DNA of 64,000 bases, taken from NCBI GenBank assembly GCA_963833985.1, contig CAWIAD010000002.1:3040001-3104000 (forward strand), written 5' to 3'. Shown here in pieces: positions 42,418 through 54,100 of the stretch; within the stretch, counting starts at the first letter, position 1; the number at the start of each line of letters is the position of its first letter. Source of the DNA: an uncultured Planctomycetaceae bacterium (GTDB lineage Bacteria > Planctomycetota > Planctomycetia > Isosphaerales > Isosphaeraceae). Position numbers and translations under genes: made by a program. Below the pieces are notes generated by a model, which ran no database searches, was not told the DNA's origin, and saw only the letters and a list, made by a program, of their open reading frames with translations.

Positions 42418-43824
42418 ATGAGAGGTGCCCGGATTCACCGCCGCGGATTCCTCGGGGCAACCGCCGGGGTAGGCGGACTCCTGGTGAGGGTTCACGCAGG
42501 GGGAGAGACCGGCCCAGAATTGAGGGTTGGACCCATCCAACGCGTGGGAGCCTACGGAGCGAAATACTTCGAGCCGTGGATCGCTGCCAACCCGCGCGAC
42601 GCCACAAACCTGGTAGTTGTTGCTTCGCGCGATTTGAGCGCGGCGTCTCCAGCACGCTTCCACATGGAACCGGCGTCCTGGTTCAGCCTTGACGGAGGCT
42701 CCTCGTGGAACCAGGGGAAGCTCGACGGCACTGAAAACCTGGCTCGGGATCGGGCGTTTTTCGTCGATGCCTGCGCCACCTTCGCGCCCGACGGGACGGC
42801 GTTCTGTGTTTTCATGAGCAGGACCAAGGGCAGCGACAGCGATTTGTGGATCTACCGCTCCGAGGATGGCGGCCGGCGCTGGCAGGGCCCGGCGACCGTG
42901 CCCGGCTTTCTCGACTATCCTCGGCTCGCTGCTGGGCTGGACGGCGGCAAGCCCCGCCTCTTCGTCCTAGCCAACGGTTCGGGGGACGGGCCGTTCTTTG
43001 GCAAGTCAAAAAGATCGGGATACGGCTGTGTGGTGCTGAGATCGGACGATGGCGGCCGGACCTTTTCGGCCGTGAACCTGATCGCTCCAACGACGCTTCT
43101 GCACACGCCGATCGAGTCGCCTTTGATCCTCCCGGACGGCAGACTGCTGGTCGGGTTCGCGGACTTCCCGGACATGCCTGCGGAGAAGAGACCTCGGGCC
43201 CACATTGCCCACGGCCGCTACTACGCCACATCATCGCGGGACGGCGGAGCGACGTTCTCATTGCCCGCTCCGATCCGAGACTCCTCACTTCACGAAGGCT
43301 ACGGGGACGGCTTCGTGGCGATCACAGTCGATCAGTCGGAGGGCCCTCGCAAAGGGCTTGTTTACGCGCTTGCTTACAATCGGAGCGACGATCCCCCTGG
43401 GCTTCAGCTCCAGTTGAGCCAGGACGCCGTCGACTGGACGCCGCCTGTGACAGTACCCGGCCTTCGCGCAGGGCCCACCCCCTATGCGGCCATCGCCGTG
43501 TCGTCGCGGGGAGTGCTGGGCTTGTCCTGGATCCAGGGAATCCACGGGGACCTGGTGCGCTACAATGACAAGGCGTGGACTTCTCGGGAACATGTCTGGG
43601 ACCTGTACTTCACCGCCTCGGCGGACGGCGGGAAGAGCTTTGCCGCTCCGGTCCGGGTGCTCCAGACTCCGTACCGCACCGACGCGAGGTTTCCCAACTG
43701 GCCCTATCGCGCTGACTACCTCTCCATCGCCGCCTCAGCAGATGGTGCTTTCCACCCGCTGTGGGTCGACACTCGCGAGAGCAAGGGAGAGATCCAGACG
43801 ACGCGAATCGAGGTTCAGCCATAG
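42418..43824 (+). CDS. Tat-exported sialidase-like BNR/Asp-box beta-propeller protein
   Basis: HRRGFLG Tat motif; repeated SxDGGxxW/F Asp boxes. Confidence 0.85.
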   Translation: MRGARIHRRGFLGATAGVGGLLVRVHAGGETGPELRVGPIQRVGAYGAKYFEPWIAANPRDATNLVVVASRDLSAASPARFHMEPASWFSLDGGSSWNQGKLDGTENLARDRAFFVDACATFAPDGTAFCVFMSRTKGSDSDLWIYRSEDGGRRWQGPATVPGFLDYPRLAAGLDGGKPRLFVLANGSGDGPFFGKSKRSGYGCVVLRSDDGGRTFSAVNLIAPTTLLHTPIESPLILPDGRLLVGFADFPDMPAEKRPRAHIAHGRYYATSSRDGGATFSLPAPIRDSSLHEGYGDGFVAITVDQSEGPRKGLVYALAYNRSDDPPGLQLQLSQDAVDWTPPVTVPGLRAGPTPYAAIAVSSRGVLGLSWIQGIHGDLVRYNDKAWTSREHVWDLYFTASADGGKSFAAPVRVLQTPYRTDARFPNWPYRADYLSIAASADGAFHPLWVDTRESKGEIQTTRIEVQP

Positions 43825-44300
43825 GGATGAGCAAAGATCTCGAGGCGTGGGCAGGAGAGAGGAATCCGACGGAAGAAGGAACGCAACCGGTGAAAGTACA
43901 TCCTTCCACAGTCATTCCGTCGCGCACAAGGCTGGTTGTGACCAGGCAGGAAGCCTTCCGAGAGGATGCGTCACTCAGAAGTGTCCTCATAACCCCCGGC
44001 TGCCAGTTTCTTCCAGAGTATCCCACCCTGGTCAACGAATTCACCGGACACATGAAGCGATCCAAACTCTTGCCGAGGCGCGGTGACTTGCTCGCTCAAT
44101 TCCTCGACTTGAAGCTCAAGCCGGCGTTCTTCGCTTTCGACGACTCGTGGAGTTTCTGCTCATGCGCGAGGCGTTCCTTCACGAGGCCTTCAGCGAAACT
44201 TCCTGAACTTCAAGTTTGGCCCGTCCGCGGCCGATGAATGATGAAGCCGTCACCCCATGGCCCGTGGTGGCGCGGATCCCCCTCCTGGCAAGGAATGCCC

Positions 44301-45335
44301 ATGATCTCGCGCCCCCTTCGTGCCGTCCGCGTCGATGCCCTGGAGCTCGAGGGGCGTCTGCTCCTGGCGGCCCCGGCGGTGCCAAGCACCGTTGCGTCAG
44401 CTCAGAAACCCGTCCTCGTGCAAACCCACCTATCCCTGGGATTCGCCGGCACACCGACTCCGGGCACGTCGCAGGTGACCCAGGTCGTTTACCAGCAAGA
44501 CGGCACGGCGACCGTGACGCTGTCGGAGAGCGGTTACGTGCCGATGCAGGTGGAGGTCAAGACCGACCCGTCGTCGCCGGCCGTGGGTGTGAACGTGGGG
44601 CCGGTCGACCAGATGGTCACGTTCGCAAACCAGACGAAAGCCACCCTGAGCGTGCCGATTCTCGCCGGCGCACAGAACCCGGGCGAGGTGGATGTCGCCT
44701 TGACGGTCACACCTGTCAATCCGCCGGCACCCATCACCGTTACGGGCCCCCTCGTGCTCCGCATCCTGGCGTCGAGTGCGCCGGCACCGCCAACCATCAC
44801 CGCCGAACAGGGAACCCCTCAGGGCATCGTGCTCACGTTCAGCAAGCCGATGGACCCGGCCAGAGCCTCCGACGTGAATAACTATGCGGTGCATTCGTCG
44901 TACGCTGACTCCTATCTGCTCGGCGGCTTCCTCGGTCAGCTCCTCGGCTCTCGGCTGCACACAGTCTCTTTCTTGCATTCGGTGCCGCTCCGGGCCGCCG
45001 TGTACGATCCCGCGACGAACTCGGTGACGCTCATCCCCAGGCGTAGGCTGACCTACAAGGCCCAGATCACCGTGACCCAGGGGTCCGGGTTGAACAACTC
45101 GTCACGGCCAGGACACCCGTCGGACGCCCCCCTCGGTCTCGGCGACCTGGCAGGCAATTCGATCAATGGGGACTCGACCCCAGGAAAATTCTCGGTTGTC
45201 GTCACGACCGGGAATCCGCAGCCTGTTACGACCGGGAATCCGCAGCCTGTTTCGACCGGGGATCCGCAGCCTAATACGACCGGGAATCCGCGGCCGGCCA
45301 CGACCGGGAATCCGCGGCCGTATCGGCGACTGTGA
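44301..45335 (+). CDS. Planctomycete extracellular protein (LEPR-XLL-like N-terminus, Ig-like domains)
   Basis: LELEGRLLLA; GIVLTFSKPMDP...YDPATNSVTL domain; C-terminal TTGNPQPV repeats. Confidence 0.75.
   Translation: MISRPLRAVRVDALELEGRLLLAAPAVPSTVASAQKPVLVQTHLSLGFAGTPTPGTSQVTQVVYQQDGTATVTLSESGYVPMQVEVKTDPSSPAVGVNVGPVDQMVTFANQTKATLSVPILAGAQNPGEVDVALTVTPVNPPAPITVTGPLVLRILASSAPAPPTITAEQGTPQGIVLTFSKPMDPARASDVNNYAVHSSYADSYLLGGFLGQLLGSRLHTVSFLHSVPLRAAVYDPATNSVTLIPRRRLTYKAQITVTQGSGLNNSSRPGHPSDAPLGLGDLAGNSINGDSTPGKFSVVVTTGNPQPVTTGNPQPVSTGDPQPNTTGNPRPATTGNPRPYRRL
45204..45320 (+). repeat. 24-bp tandem repeat x5 (coding)
   Basis: ACGACCGGGAATCCGCAGCCTGTT and variants. Confidence 0.85.
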
Positions 45336-45667
45336 GTGTCCCTATGCATGCCTCGGGGGCACAGCAGAAACTGAACCGGCAGTCATTGAGAGCGGGCAAG
45401 ACCAGCGACACAAGTCCGATCAACACAACCGCCGCTTGACCCCGGGCCGAGCAAGGGACGGGTATCACCGGAATTGCATAGGCTGCTCAAGGAACACTCC
45501 GGGCTGACCCTGGGAACGCCCCGGGGTCGAAGCCTTCGCCTGCCAGGATGTTGCGGCAGAATGCTCGGATCCATTCAAAGTCCAATGTCCGGATCCAGGC
45601 CCGTTCGGTCCCTGGTGTAGGGAGGACTGCACGGCGGTGCTTCCGCACAGCATGCCACAGCCGCGAC

Positions 45668-45700
45668 GACCAGGGACCAGGGACCAGGAAACCAGGACCC
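45668..45700. repeat. Heptamer tandem repeat (GACCAGG)n
   Basis: Three perfect copies plus degenerate ones, intergenic. Confidence 0.6.
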
Positions 45701-45985
45701 GTGCTGGCGAACCCGTCTTGACTGTTGCACCGACATGGCGCGGAAGGCCTGGGGATCACCACGCATCATGATCAACACTCTTAATAAATGAAAACTCAAT
45801 GTCTTGGTATAGTTTATTCACCGTTTGGATTTGACCTTCCGATACAGTAACGCGAGATGTGGGCATGAGCACATTCAGCGGGCCCTCCGCGGTAATCCCC
45901 AGCCGGCTCACGTCAGCCGATCCCGGTCTTAAAAAACCTGCGCCACGACGGTCGCGGGCGCTCAACTCCATGCCCGGAGCAAAAC

Positions 45986-48501
45986 ATGAAGTTTTCACCC
46001 GGTACTCACGGTGCTTCCACGGTGACGCGACCGACCCGGCCCGCCGGGCGCCCCTCCAGGGCCCGCCGCCCCAGCCTGGACGTCGAGCGCTGCGAGCAGC
46101 GAATTCTGCTTTCGGTCGCGCTGGTGAGCGTCAACTCCGCGGGCACCGGCAGCGCCAATAGTGGTTCGGATTTTCAATATGCCAATATCAACTCCGCAGC
46201 CAATTCTCCGGTCCCGTCGGCCCAGACCAACCTGAGCAGCGACGGGTCACGGCTTGTGTTCGACAGCGAGGCGAGCAATCTGGTTCCATCCTTGAAAGAT
46301 ACCAACCTGGCAAGCGACGTGTTCCTGCGTGACGTGAAGGCGGGCACCACCTCACTCATCAGCGCGACTCCTGGCGGCCAACCCGGCAATGGCGCCTCGT
46401 TTGACCCGACGATCAGCCCCAACGGCCGGTACGTCGCGTTCGTCAGTCAGGCCACCAACCTCACCAGCATCCCCGTCCCGTCGATAGACACCACAGGTGG
46501 CCAGGCGACCGGCTACCTCTACGTCCGCGACCTTCAGACGAATACGACGACTCTCCTTGAACAAACCCCGGCAGGACAGGCAGCGGACGGCTTGAGCACC
46601 GGTCAATTCGTCTTCAGTCCCGACAGCATGAAGCTCGCCTTCACCGACACTTCCGACAACCTGACCACGGTGGCCGTCGATCCCGGCGCGAACTCGAGCC
46701 CGGGCGGCCAGCCCGACCCCTGGAACGGCTCGTTGACCTACGTTTACGTACGGAACCTGGCGGCACGGACCACGTCGCTCGTGAGCGTCTCGACAAGCGG
46801 CCTGGCGGCCGGCGACTATCCCGGGGCCGTGCCCGGCGGAGAGCCGGGCCCGGTGTGGAGTCCGGATAGCCAGTCTCTCGCCTTCAGCAGCAGCGCGGCC
46901 GATCTGACAGCCAATGCTGCTGACAGCGTCTCTAATCCCGACCAGATCTCCGCAGGTATTCCCGGCAGCGAAAACCTCTACCTCCGCAACACCTCGGCGG
47001 GAACCACGACGCTGCTCAGCGTTACCACCAAGGGACTGATCTCGGCCGGCGAGAGTCTTGGTGCGGTCTTCAGTCCCGATGGCAAGTCGGTTGCGTTTGT
47101 CAGCAGCGCCGCCAACCTGACGGCCAGCGCCGTCGATACCACACCGCCGATCGCGGGACTTGCTGATGCAAAAACATATGAGAATGTTTATGTGAAAAGT
47201 CTGGCCTCTGGCACGACTACCCTGGTCAGCGCCACGCCCGGAGGTCTGCAGTCCAACGGAATCGCCTCCCAGCCCGTTTTCAGTCCCGATAGCCGCTCCC
47301 TGGCGTACATCACCAACGCCAACGACCTCGCCAACAAGTCGCTGGACTCCACTCCACCGCCTGGCGCCTCGTTTTTTGGGATGCCCAGCCTGCCTGCTGA
47401 CAACCTCTTCCTGACCAATCTGGCGACTGGTACCACCACGCTCGTCAGCGCGACTCCCACAGGTATCTTGTCGAGCGGCATGGTGGGTCAAATCCTCTTC
47501 AGTCCCGATGGCAAACTGCTGGCTTTCACGAGCAACGCCGGCGACTTGACGAATAACCCGGTGGAAAGCTCGCCTCCCGCGGCCCCCGGATCTTTCGCTG
47601 GCAGTCCGAGCGGCAGCCTGTTTCCTATTAGCAACGTCTTCGTCCGCGACCTGACCGCCCAAACAACGACACTTGCGTCGGTGACCGCGAGCGGCCAGCT
47701 CTCGAACAGCGTCGCCGGCGGCTTGATTTTCAGCCCTGACAGCAAGTTGCTGTTCTTCAGCAGCACTGCCGGCAACTTGACGGGCAACCTGCCGGACGCG
47801 GCTACCTCGGCAGGCCCGACCACGAATCTGTTTGTGCGCGATTTGCCGGCGGCTGCGACATCTCTGATCTCGGCCACGACGAGTGGACGGCTCTCGGACA
47901 ATTCCACCTCCGCCAGCGCGTTCCTCTCACCGGACGGGAAGACACTTTACTTTGAGAGCGGCGCCAGTTTGCTGACGGCCGGAGACTCGAATGGCTCCGT
48001 CGACATCTTCGCGGCATCGGCACCATTCACGGCTCCGAACGTCTCCCCCCCTCCCCGTGCCAGCCCACCTCCCCGGCCGCAGCCGCGCCGCAGCCTGGCC
48101 CGGCTGTCGTCGGTTTGACACCCCTGGACAGTCGGCACGGCATCACCAGCGTGGTTGTCACGTTCAATCAGGCGCTCGACCCCGCGTCAGCCCAGAACCT
48201 GGCCAACTATCAGATCACTTTGCCTGGCCGCACCGTGCATACACACCCCGGCCACCTGACCACCACCCATCCAGGCCGCTCCGTGGTCATCAAGAACGCG
48301 GGCTACAATGCAGCGACGCACCAGGTCACCTTGACTCTGCGCACGCCACTCCGGCGCGGCGCGGCGTATCAATTCCGGGTGAATGGCGCCGCAGCGAGCG
48401 GCGTGGAAAGCACGAGCGGCGCTTCGCTCAACAGCCCGGGCAAGCTGAAGCCAGGGAAGGACTATCAGGCCGTACTGGACCTGGCAACGCCGCGGTCGTG
48501 A
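45986..48501 (+). CDS. Extracellular TolB/PD40-repeat beta-propeller protein, frameshift in the C-run at ~48045-48057
   Basis: VERCEQRILLS N-terminal motif; repeated FSPDG/S...LAF and VFVRDL...TTTLVS; the 48115-48501 ORF continues in-frame from QPTSPAAAAPQPGPAVVG. Confidence 0.8.
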
Positions 48502-48754
48502 GGTTCGGAGCTCAAGCTCGCGCCACGCGCAAGTTCCAGAGAGCTCATGCTGGTCTCCGTCATAAACCTTCGGACACATGGTGCTGATGCCACCAGGTCG
48601 TGTCCGGAGGCTCGAAGAGCAAGCTCTCACTGCGCGGAAGGCCCTGAGAACGCGCTCGCGTGGTCGGTCTCGGTGTACGCGGTGGCTCCCTGGGTGCTGC
48701 GGCGATCAGTTGGCGTGAGGAGCCCATTGTCCCGAGGGCAAGGCAGGGAGCCAC

Positions 48755-48902
48755 TGGGGCGGTTTTCTGTCGGGTTGAAAGAAGCTTCTGAGATCTTGGA
48801 AAGGCGGGCAGACATTCCTGTCTGCCAGGCCAGGCCTGCTCCGGCAGGCAGGAATGCCAGTCCCCCCGGTCTCAGTCCGCGATCCGAGTGAAAACCGCTC
48901 TC
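48755..48902. mobile_element. MITE-like element, copy 2
   Basis: GCGGTTTTC...GAAAACCGCTC ends with the same internal REP doublet as copy 1. Confidence 0.75.
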
Positions 48903-48995
48903 GATTTTCCTTGCCGGAGCTACAGTGGCGATGGACTCAGGACTTCACCTGCTTGACTAGGATACTGGTCGACGGCTATGATCTTTTTGGAGTGT

Positions 48996-49337
48996 ATGTC
49001 GACGGAGACGTATGCCATGACCGGGCCGAGCTATCTCATCCGCGGGCTATGCATCGCAACGGTACTGGCAATGCTGGCGACGATGGTGTTGCCCTTGCGG
49101 CTCAACCTCGCCGCCACAATCGAGCATGCTGATCGTCGATCCGCTCATCCGGTCCGCGCGCAACCCCACCATGTCAAAGCCGTCCTGATGGAAGAGAAGG
49201 TGCCGAGACCGGCCAGGCGCGTGTTCAGGTTCCGGTTCGCCCCGTACGAACGGCGGTTCCTCACATCCCTTGTTTTTCCCGATCGCGATCCGGCCACGCC
49301 CCGTCTGAGGTCGGCGCTTCCGCCGCTCCGCTGTTAG
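48996..49337 (+). CDS. Small hypothetical protein upstream of the RND operon
   Basis: GGAG RBS; hydrophobic N-terminus; ends PPLRC. Confidence 0.45.
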   Translation: MSTETYAMTGPSYLIRGLCIATVLAMLATMVLPLRLNLAATIEHADRRSAHPVRAQPHHVKAVLMEEKVPRPARRVFRFRFAPYERRFLTSLVFPDRDPATPRLRSALPPLRC

Positions 49338-49816
49338 GTCGGCACCAGACGCCGGCGCGTAGTGGGTATGCCTGCCGATTCTGACGATACCCTGACGTCT
49401 TTCACCATAGGCGGTCTTGCGTGGCCCACACTCCCGAGGGACAAATGCTTTCGGGATGAGTGACTCGCCGATCCGCCGGGGACAAAACAGTTTTCGCCAT
49501 TCCGGTGGGCGATCCTGGTTTTCGGCTTTTGCAGCCGAAGAGTCATGATGGTCCAACCGAGCGATCCCATCGACTCCACGTTTGTCCAAAGTTCCGGACG
49601 CTTGCCGGCAGTTCAACGCATCGAACTGGTGGGGCGTGGTAGCGATTGAGGTCGATTGATCAAACAAGGTGAATCCCAAGGGGGGGCGAAGATGTCCCCC
49701 GAAACTCCAACGACAGAAGTGAACGCGCCGACCAGGTTTCCACGGACTTGTCCGTGATCGATCCGCCGAGAGCGCGGAACGACGGCCCCGCCAGGTCACG
49801 CGCGGGAGACCACTCC

Positions 49817-51088
49817 ATGAATCCCATCGGTTTCCTCAGACGGCGACCCGTCATTTCTCTCATGCTGTTCGTCGCGCTTCTCAGCGGCGGGGTCTTGTTA
49901 TTGTCGGGGATTCAGCCCGACATCTACCCGCTCAATACGCCAGGAATTCGCGCATACATGGCTCACATCGACACGCGTACCAACAATGTGAAAACGTACG
50001 TTGTCGACCAGTATGAGTCATATTCTCACACGCTCGACGAAGAACCCGGCGCGGAGAGCCAGACGATCGTCGTCAGCACGGCTCTGGTCAAGGACGTCAC
50101 CATCACCCAGCAGTATGTCTGCCAGATTCACTCGCGGCAACACATCGATGTGCGGGCCCTGGAGGACGGTTATCTCGAGCAGATCAAGGTCAAGGAGGGC
50201 CAGGCGGTGAAACAGGACGATGTGATGTTCACGATCGTGCCAACTCTTTACGAGGCAAGGCTGGACGCCGAGGTGGCCGCGAGAGACATCGCGCAACTGG
50301 AGTTGAATAACACCAAGAGGTTAGCCACCAGGAATGCTGTCTCTCCGAATGAGGTGAAGCTGTTCGAGGCCAAGCTGGCACAGACCCAGGCGAAGGCGAA
50401 CCAGCAGAAGGCGGAACTGTATTTCACCATCGTCCGGGCACCTTTCGACGGTATCATGAACCGTTTACGTGAGCAGAAAGGAAGCCTGGTCCAGAAGGGT
50501 GACGTTCTCACGACTCTGTCCGACAACAGCGTGATGTGGGTCTATTTCAACGTCCCGGAGGCTCGCTACCTCCAGTACAAGGCCCTCCAAGGTAAGCCCG
50601 ATCTGGACCATCCGGAACGACTCAAACTCGTGGATTCGCGAATCGTGCTCGTGCTCGCGGACGGAAGCACGTTCAAACAGACCGCCGGTGATGTCCTTAC
50701 CGTCGAGGGCAGTTTCGACAACCAGACCGGAAACATTTCCTTCCGCGCGGATTTTCCGAACCCGGATGGCCTGCTGCGCCATGGTCAGACCGGCGACGTG
50801 TTGATCCACCGCGCGTTGCATAATGCCATCGTCATCCCGCTCCGGGCCACGTTCGAGGTTCTCGACAAGCGCTACGTTTACGTGGTCGGCGAGGATCATG
50901 TGGTGCATCAGCGCCTGATCACCGTCGAGCACGAACTGGAGGACATCTTCGTGATCAAGAAGGGGCTTGAGGCGGAGGACAGGATCGTGCTCGAGGGGGT
51001 CCGGCAGGTCCAGGACGGCCGGAAGGTGGAATACGAGTTTCGTGCCCCGGAACTCGTGCTGGCAAACCAGAAGAATCATGCGGAATAG
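49817..51088 (+). CDS. RND efflux periplasmic adaptor (MFP)
   Basis: VKEGQAVK, VRAPFDG, VYFNVPE, QTGNISFRADFPNP. Confidence 0.92.
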   Translation: MNPIGFLRRRPVISLMLFVALLSGGVLLLSGIQPDIYPLNTPGIRAYMAHIDTRTNNVKTYVVDQYESYSHTLDEEPGAESQTIVVSTALVKDVTITQQYVCQIHSRQHIDVRALEDGYLEQIKVKEGQAVKQDDVMFTIVPTLYEARLDAEVAARDIAQLELNNTKRLATRNAVSPNEVKLFEAKLAQTQAKANQQKAELYFTIVRAPFDGIMNRLREQKGSLVQKGDVLTTLSDNSVMWVYFNVPEARYLQYKALQGKPDLDHPERLKLVDSRIVLVLADGSTFKQTAGDVLTVEGSFDNQTGNISFRADFPNPDGLLRHGQTGDVLIHRALHNAIVIPLRATFEVLDKRYVYVVGEDHVVHQRLITVEHELEDIFVIKKGLEAEDRIVLEGVRQVQDGRKVEYEFRAPELVLANQKNHAE

Positions 51089-51137
51089 CAATCACTTCGC
51101 GTCACGAAGCGGAACTTAACCTGATCGTCTCAGAACC

Positions 51138-54100
51138 ATGTTCACGAACATCCTCTATCGGCCGGCACTGGCGATCGTCATCTCGATCATCATCCTGTTC
51201 CTGGGAGGACTGGGGATCGCAACGCTGCCGACATCCCAGTTTCCCGATGTCGCACCGCCGACCGTTCAGGTTGCCATTGCTTATCCCGGTGCCAGTGCCA
51301 ATGTTCTGGTCGATTCGGTCCTGATTCCGTTGGAGCAATCCATCAACGGCGTTCAGAACATGCGTTACATGGTCTCCGACGCGACAAGTGCCGGGGAAGC
51401 AACGATCCGGATCTTCTTCGAGCCAGGCACGAACCCAGACATCAATGTGGTGAACGTGCAAAACCGGGTCAACATCATGATGAACCGTCTCCCGCCACTG
51501 GTGCAGCGCGAGGGCATCCTCGTCAGCCAGGTCGTGCCGAGCATGCTGATGTATGTGAACATCTACAGTACAGATCCAAACGCCGACCAGAAGACGCTTT
51601 ACAATTTCGCCAACGTCAACGTCATGCCCGTGCTCAAACGGATCCAGGGCATGGGTATTCCCAGGAACCTTGGCAACCGCTCCTTCGCGATGCGGATCTG
51701 GCTGAACCCCGACCGCATGCGCGCCTACTCGATATCCACCGAGGATATCATGAAGGCCGTGGCGGAACAAAGCGTGATCGGTTCACCTGGACGGCTCGGG
51801 CAGGCCACGGGCAGGACGTCGCAATCACGCGAATACGTCTTGACCTATATCGGGCGCTATAACAAGCCGGAACAGTACGCGAGCATCGTTTTGAGAGCAA
51901 ACCCCGACGGTGAGATCTTGCACCTCAAGGACGTCGCCGAGGTCGAACTGGGCTCCGAGTTCTTTGACATTTACTCGGATATCAATGGACATCCCGCGGC
52001 ATCCATCATTCTCAAGCAAAGCCCCGGCTCCAACGCAGCCGCGGTCATCGAGGAAATCAAGCGCGAACTGGAGCAGATCAAGAAGGAGTCCTTCCCCCCC
52101 GGTATGGACTACGAACTCGCCTACGACGTTTCCCGGTTTCTGGACGCCTCCATCGAAAAGGTGCTGCATACCCTGCTCGAGGCGTTCATCTTGGTGTCTC
52201 TGGTGGTTTATCTGTTCCTAGGCAATTTACGATCCACGCTCATTCCGACCCTCGCGGTCCCGGTGTCGCTGGTCGGGACCTTCTTTGTCTTGAAGTTGAT
52301 GGGTCTATCAATCAACCTGATCACGCTTTTCGCAATGGTCCTCGCGATCGGTGTCGTGGTGGACGACGCAATCGTGGTGGTCGAGGCGGTGCACGCCAAG
52401 ATGGCCGCGAAGGACCTTTCGCCCTATCGGGCGGCCATGGAAGTTCTTCGCGAGATCAGTGGCGCGATCATTGCCATCACTCTGGTGATGACGGCCGTCT
52501 TCATTCCGGTGACCTTCATTCCGGGTCCGGTGGGCCAGTTCTACCGCCAGTTCGGTATCACGATGGCCACGTCCATCGTTCTCTCCGGCCTGGTGGCCCT
52601 GACGCTGACACCCGTGCTCTGTGCGATGATTCTCAAGCCCCACACTCACACTCATAAGGGCCATGCGAAAAAGCAGTTCAAGCCAAAGGTCGTTCTACTG
52701 TATGTTCTCGGCGGGTTGCCGATCCTGGGGCTGATCACTTATCTGGCGTATTATTTGTGGGGGCCGGTCGGCTTCCTCTTCCCGCTCCTTCCCTTTGTCC
52801 AGAAAACGATTGACCGGCTCGTCGAGAAGGTCACGGGGGGTTACGCCAGGATCTTGCGGCGGATCGTCACACGCCGCACGCTGACCATGGCCGTCGTGGC
52901 GATTTTTGCCCTCGGTATCGTTTACGTCAACACGCGGCTACCGTCGGGCTTCATCCCGGGTGAGGACCAGGGCATCATCTACGCAGTCCTCCAGACGCCT
53001 CCGGGCTCGACGCTCGAGTACACCAACGCCAAGTCCGAGGAACTCAAGGAGATCGCCAAGAAGATCAACGAAGTCACCTCGGTCACCTCGTTGGCCGGTT
53101 ACGAGGTCCTGACTGAAGGCCGCGGCTCGAACGCGGGAACGTGTATCATCAACCTGAAGAACTGGTCCAACCGCCAGCGAACCGCGCGCCAGATCATTGC
53201 CGAGCTCGAGAAAAAATGCAGTCGGATGACCAACGTCAAGCTCGAGTTCTATGAGCCCCCCGCAGTCCCTGGCTTTGGCGCGGCCGGGGGCTTCTCCATG
53301 CGGCTCCTCGACAAGACGAACACGTCCGATTACCAGCGGCTCGGAGAAGTCACCGACAAGTTCATGGCTGCGTTGTCCAAGCGCAAGGAATTGAAGAACC
53401 TGTTCACATTTTATACAGCCGACTACCCGCAGTACGAGCTGATCATCAACAACGACCGGGCCATGCAGAAAGGCGTATCCATCGGCAGGGCGCTGGACAA
53501 TCTGAACATCCTCATCGGAAGTACTTACGAACAGGGCTTCATTCGCTTCAACCAGTTCTTCAAAGTTTACGTCCAGGCGTTGCCGGAGTTCCGGCGCAAC
53601 CCGGAGGACCTGGGCAACATGTTTGTCAAGAACGAGGCCGGGAACATGGTCCCCTACTCCTCGTTCATGAAGATCGAAAAGAAGCAGGGCTTGAACGAAA
53701 TCACGCGATATAACCTGTATCCGTCCGCCGCTATTCAGGGTGCTCCTGCTCCCGGATTCAGCAGCGGTCAGGCCATCAAGGCGATCAATGAGGTCGCCGC
53801 CAGGACCCTACCACACGGTTACGGCGTCGGCTGGGAAGGCCTCTCTTACGACGAGGCGAGAAAGGGCAACGAGGCCATTTATGTCTTCCTGATCGTCGTT
53901 GCGTTCGTCTATCTGGTACTGGTGGCGCAATACGAGAGCTTCCTCCTGCCGCTGGCCGTGGTCCTGTCACTGCCGGTCGGCATCTTCGGGTCCTTCCTGT
54001 TACTGCGGCTCATGGGGTTGGCCAATGACGTCTACGCCCAGATTGGTCTGGTCATGCTGATCGGTCTGCTCGGCAAGAACGCGATCTTGATCGTCGAATT

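Noticed and set aside
43827..44237. Possible gene remnant between the sialidase-like gene and the exoprotein gene
   Set aside because: Only short interrupted coiled-coil-like stretches; no recognisable family
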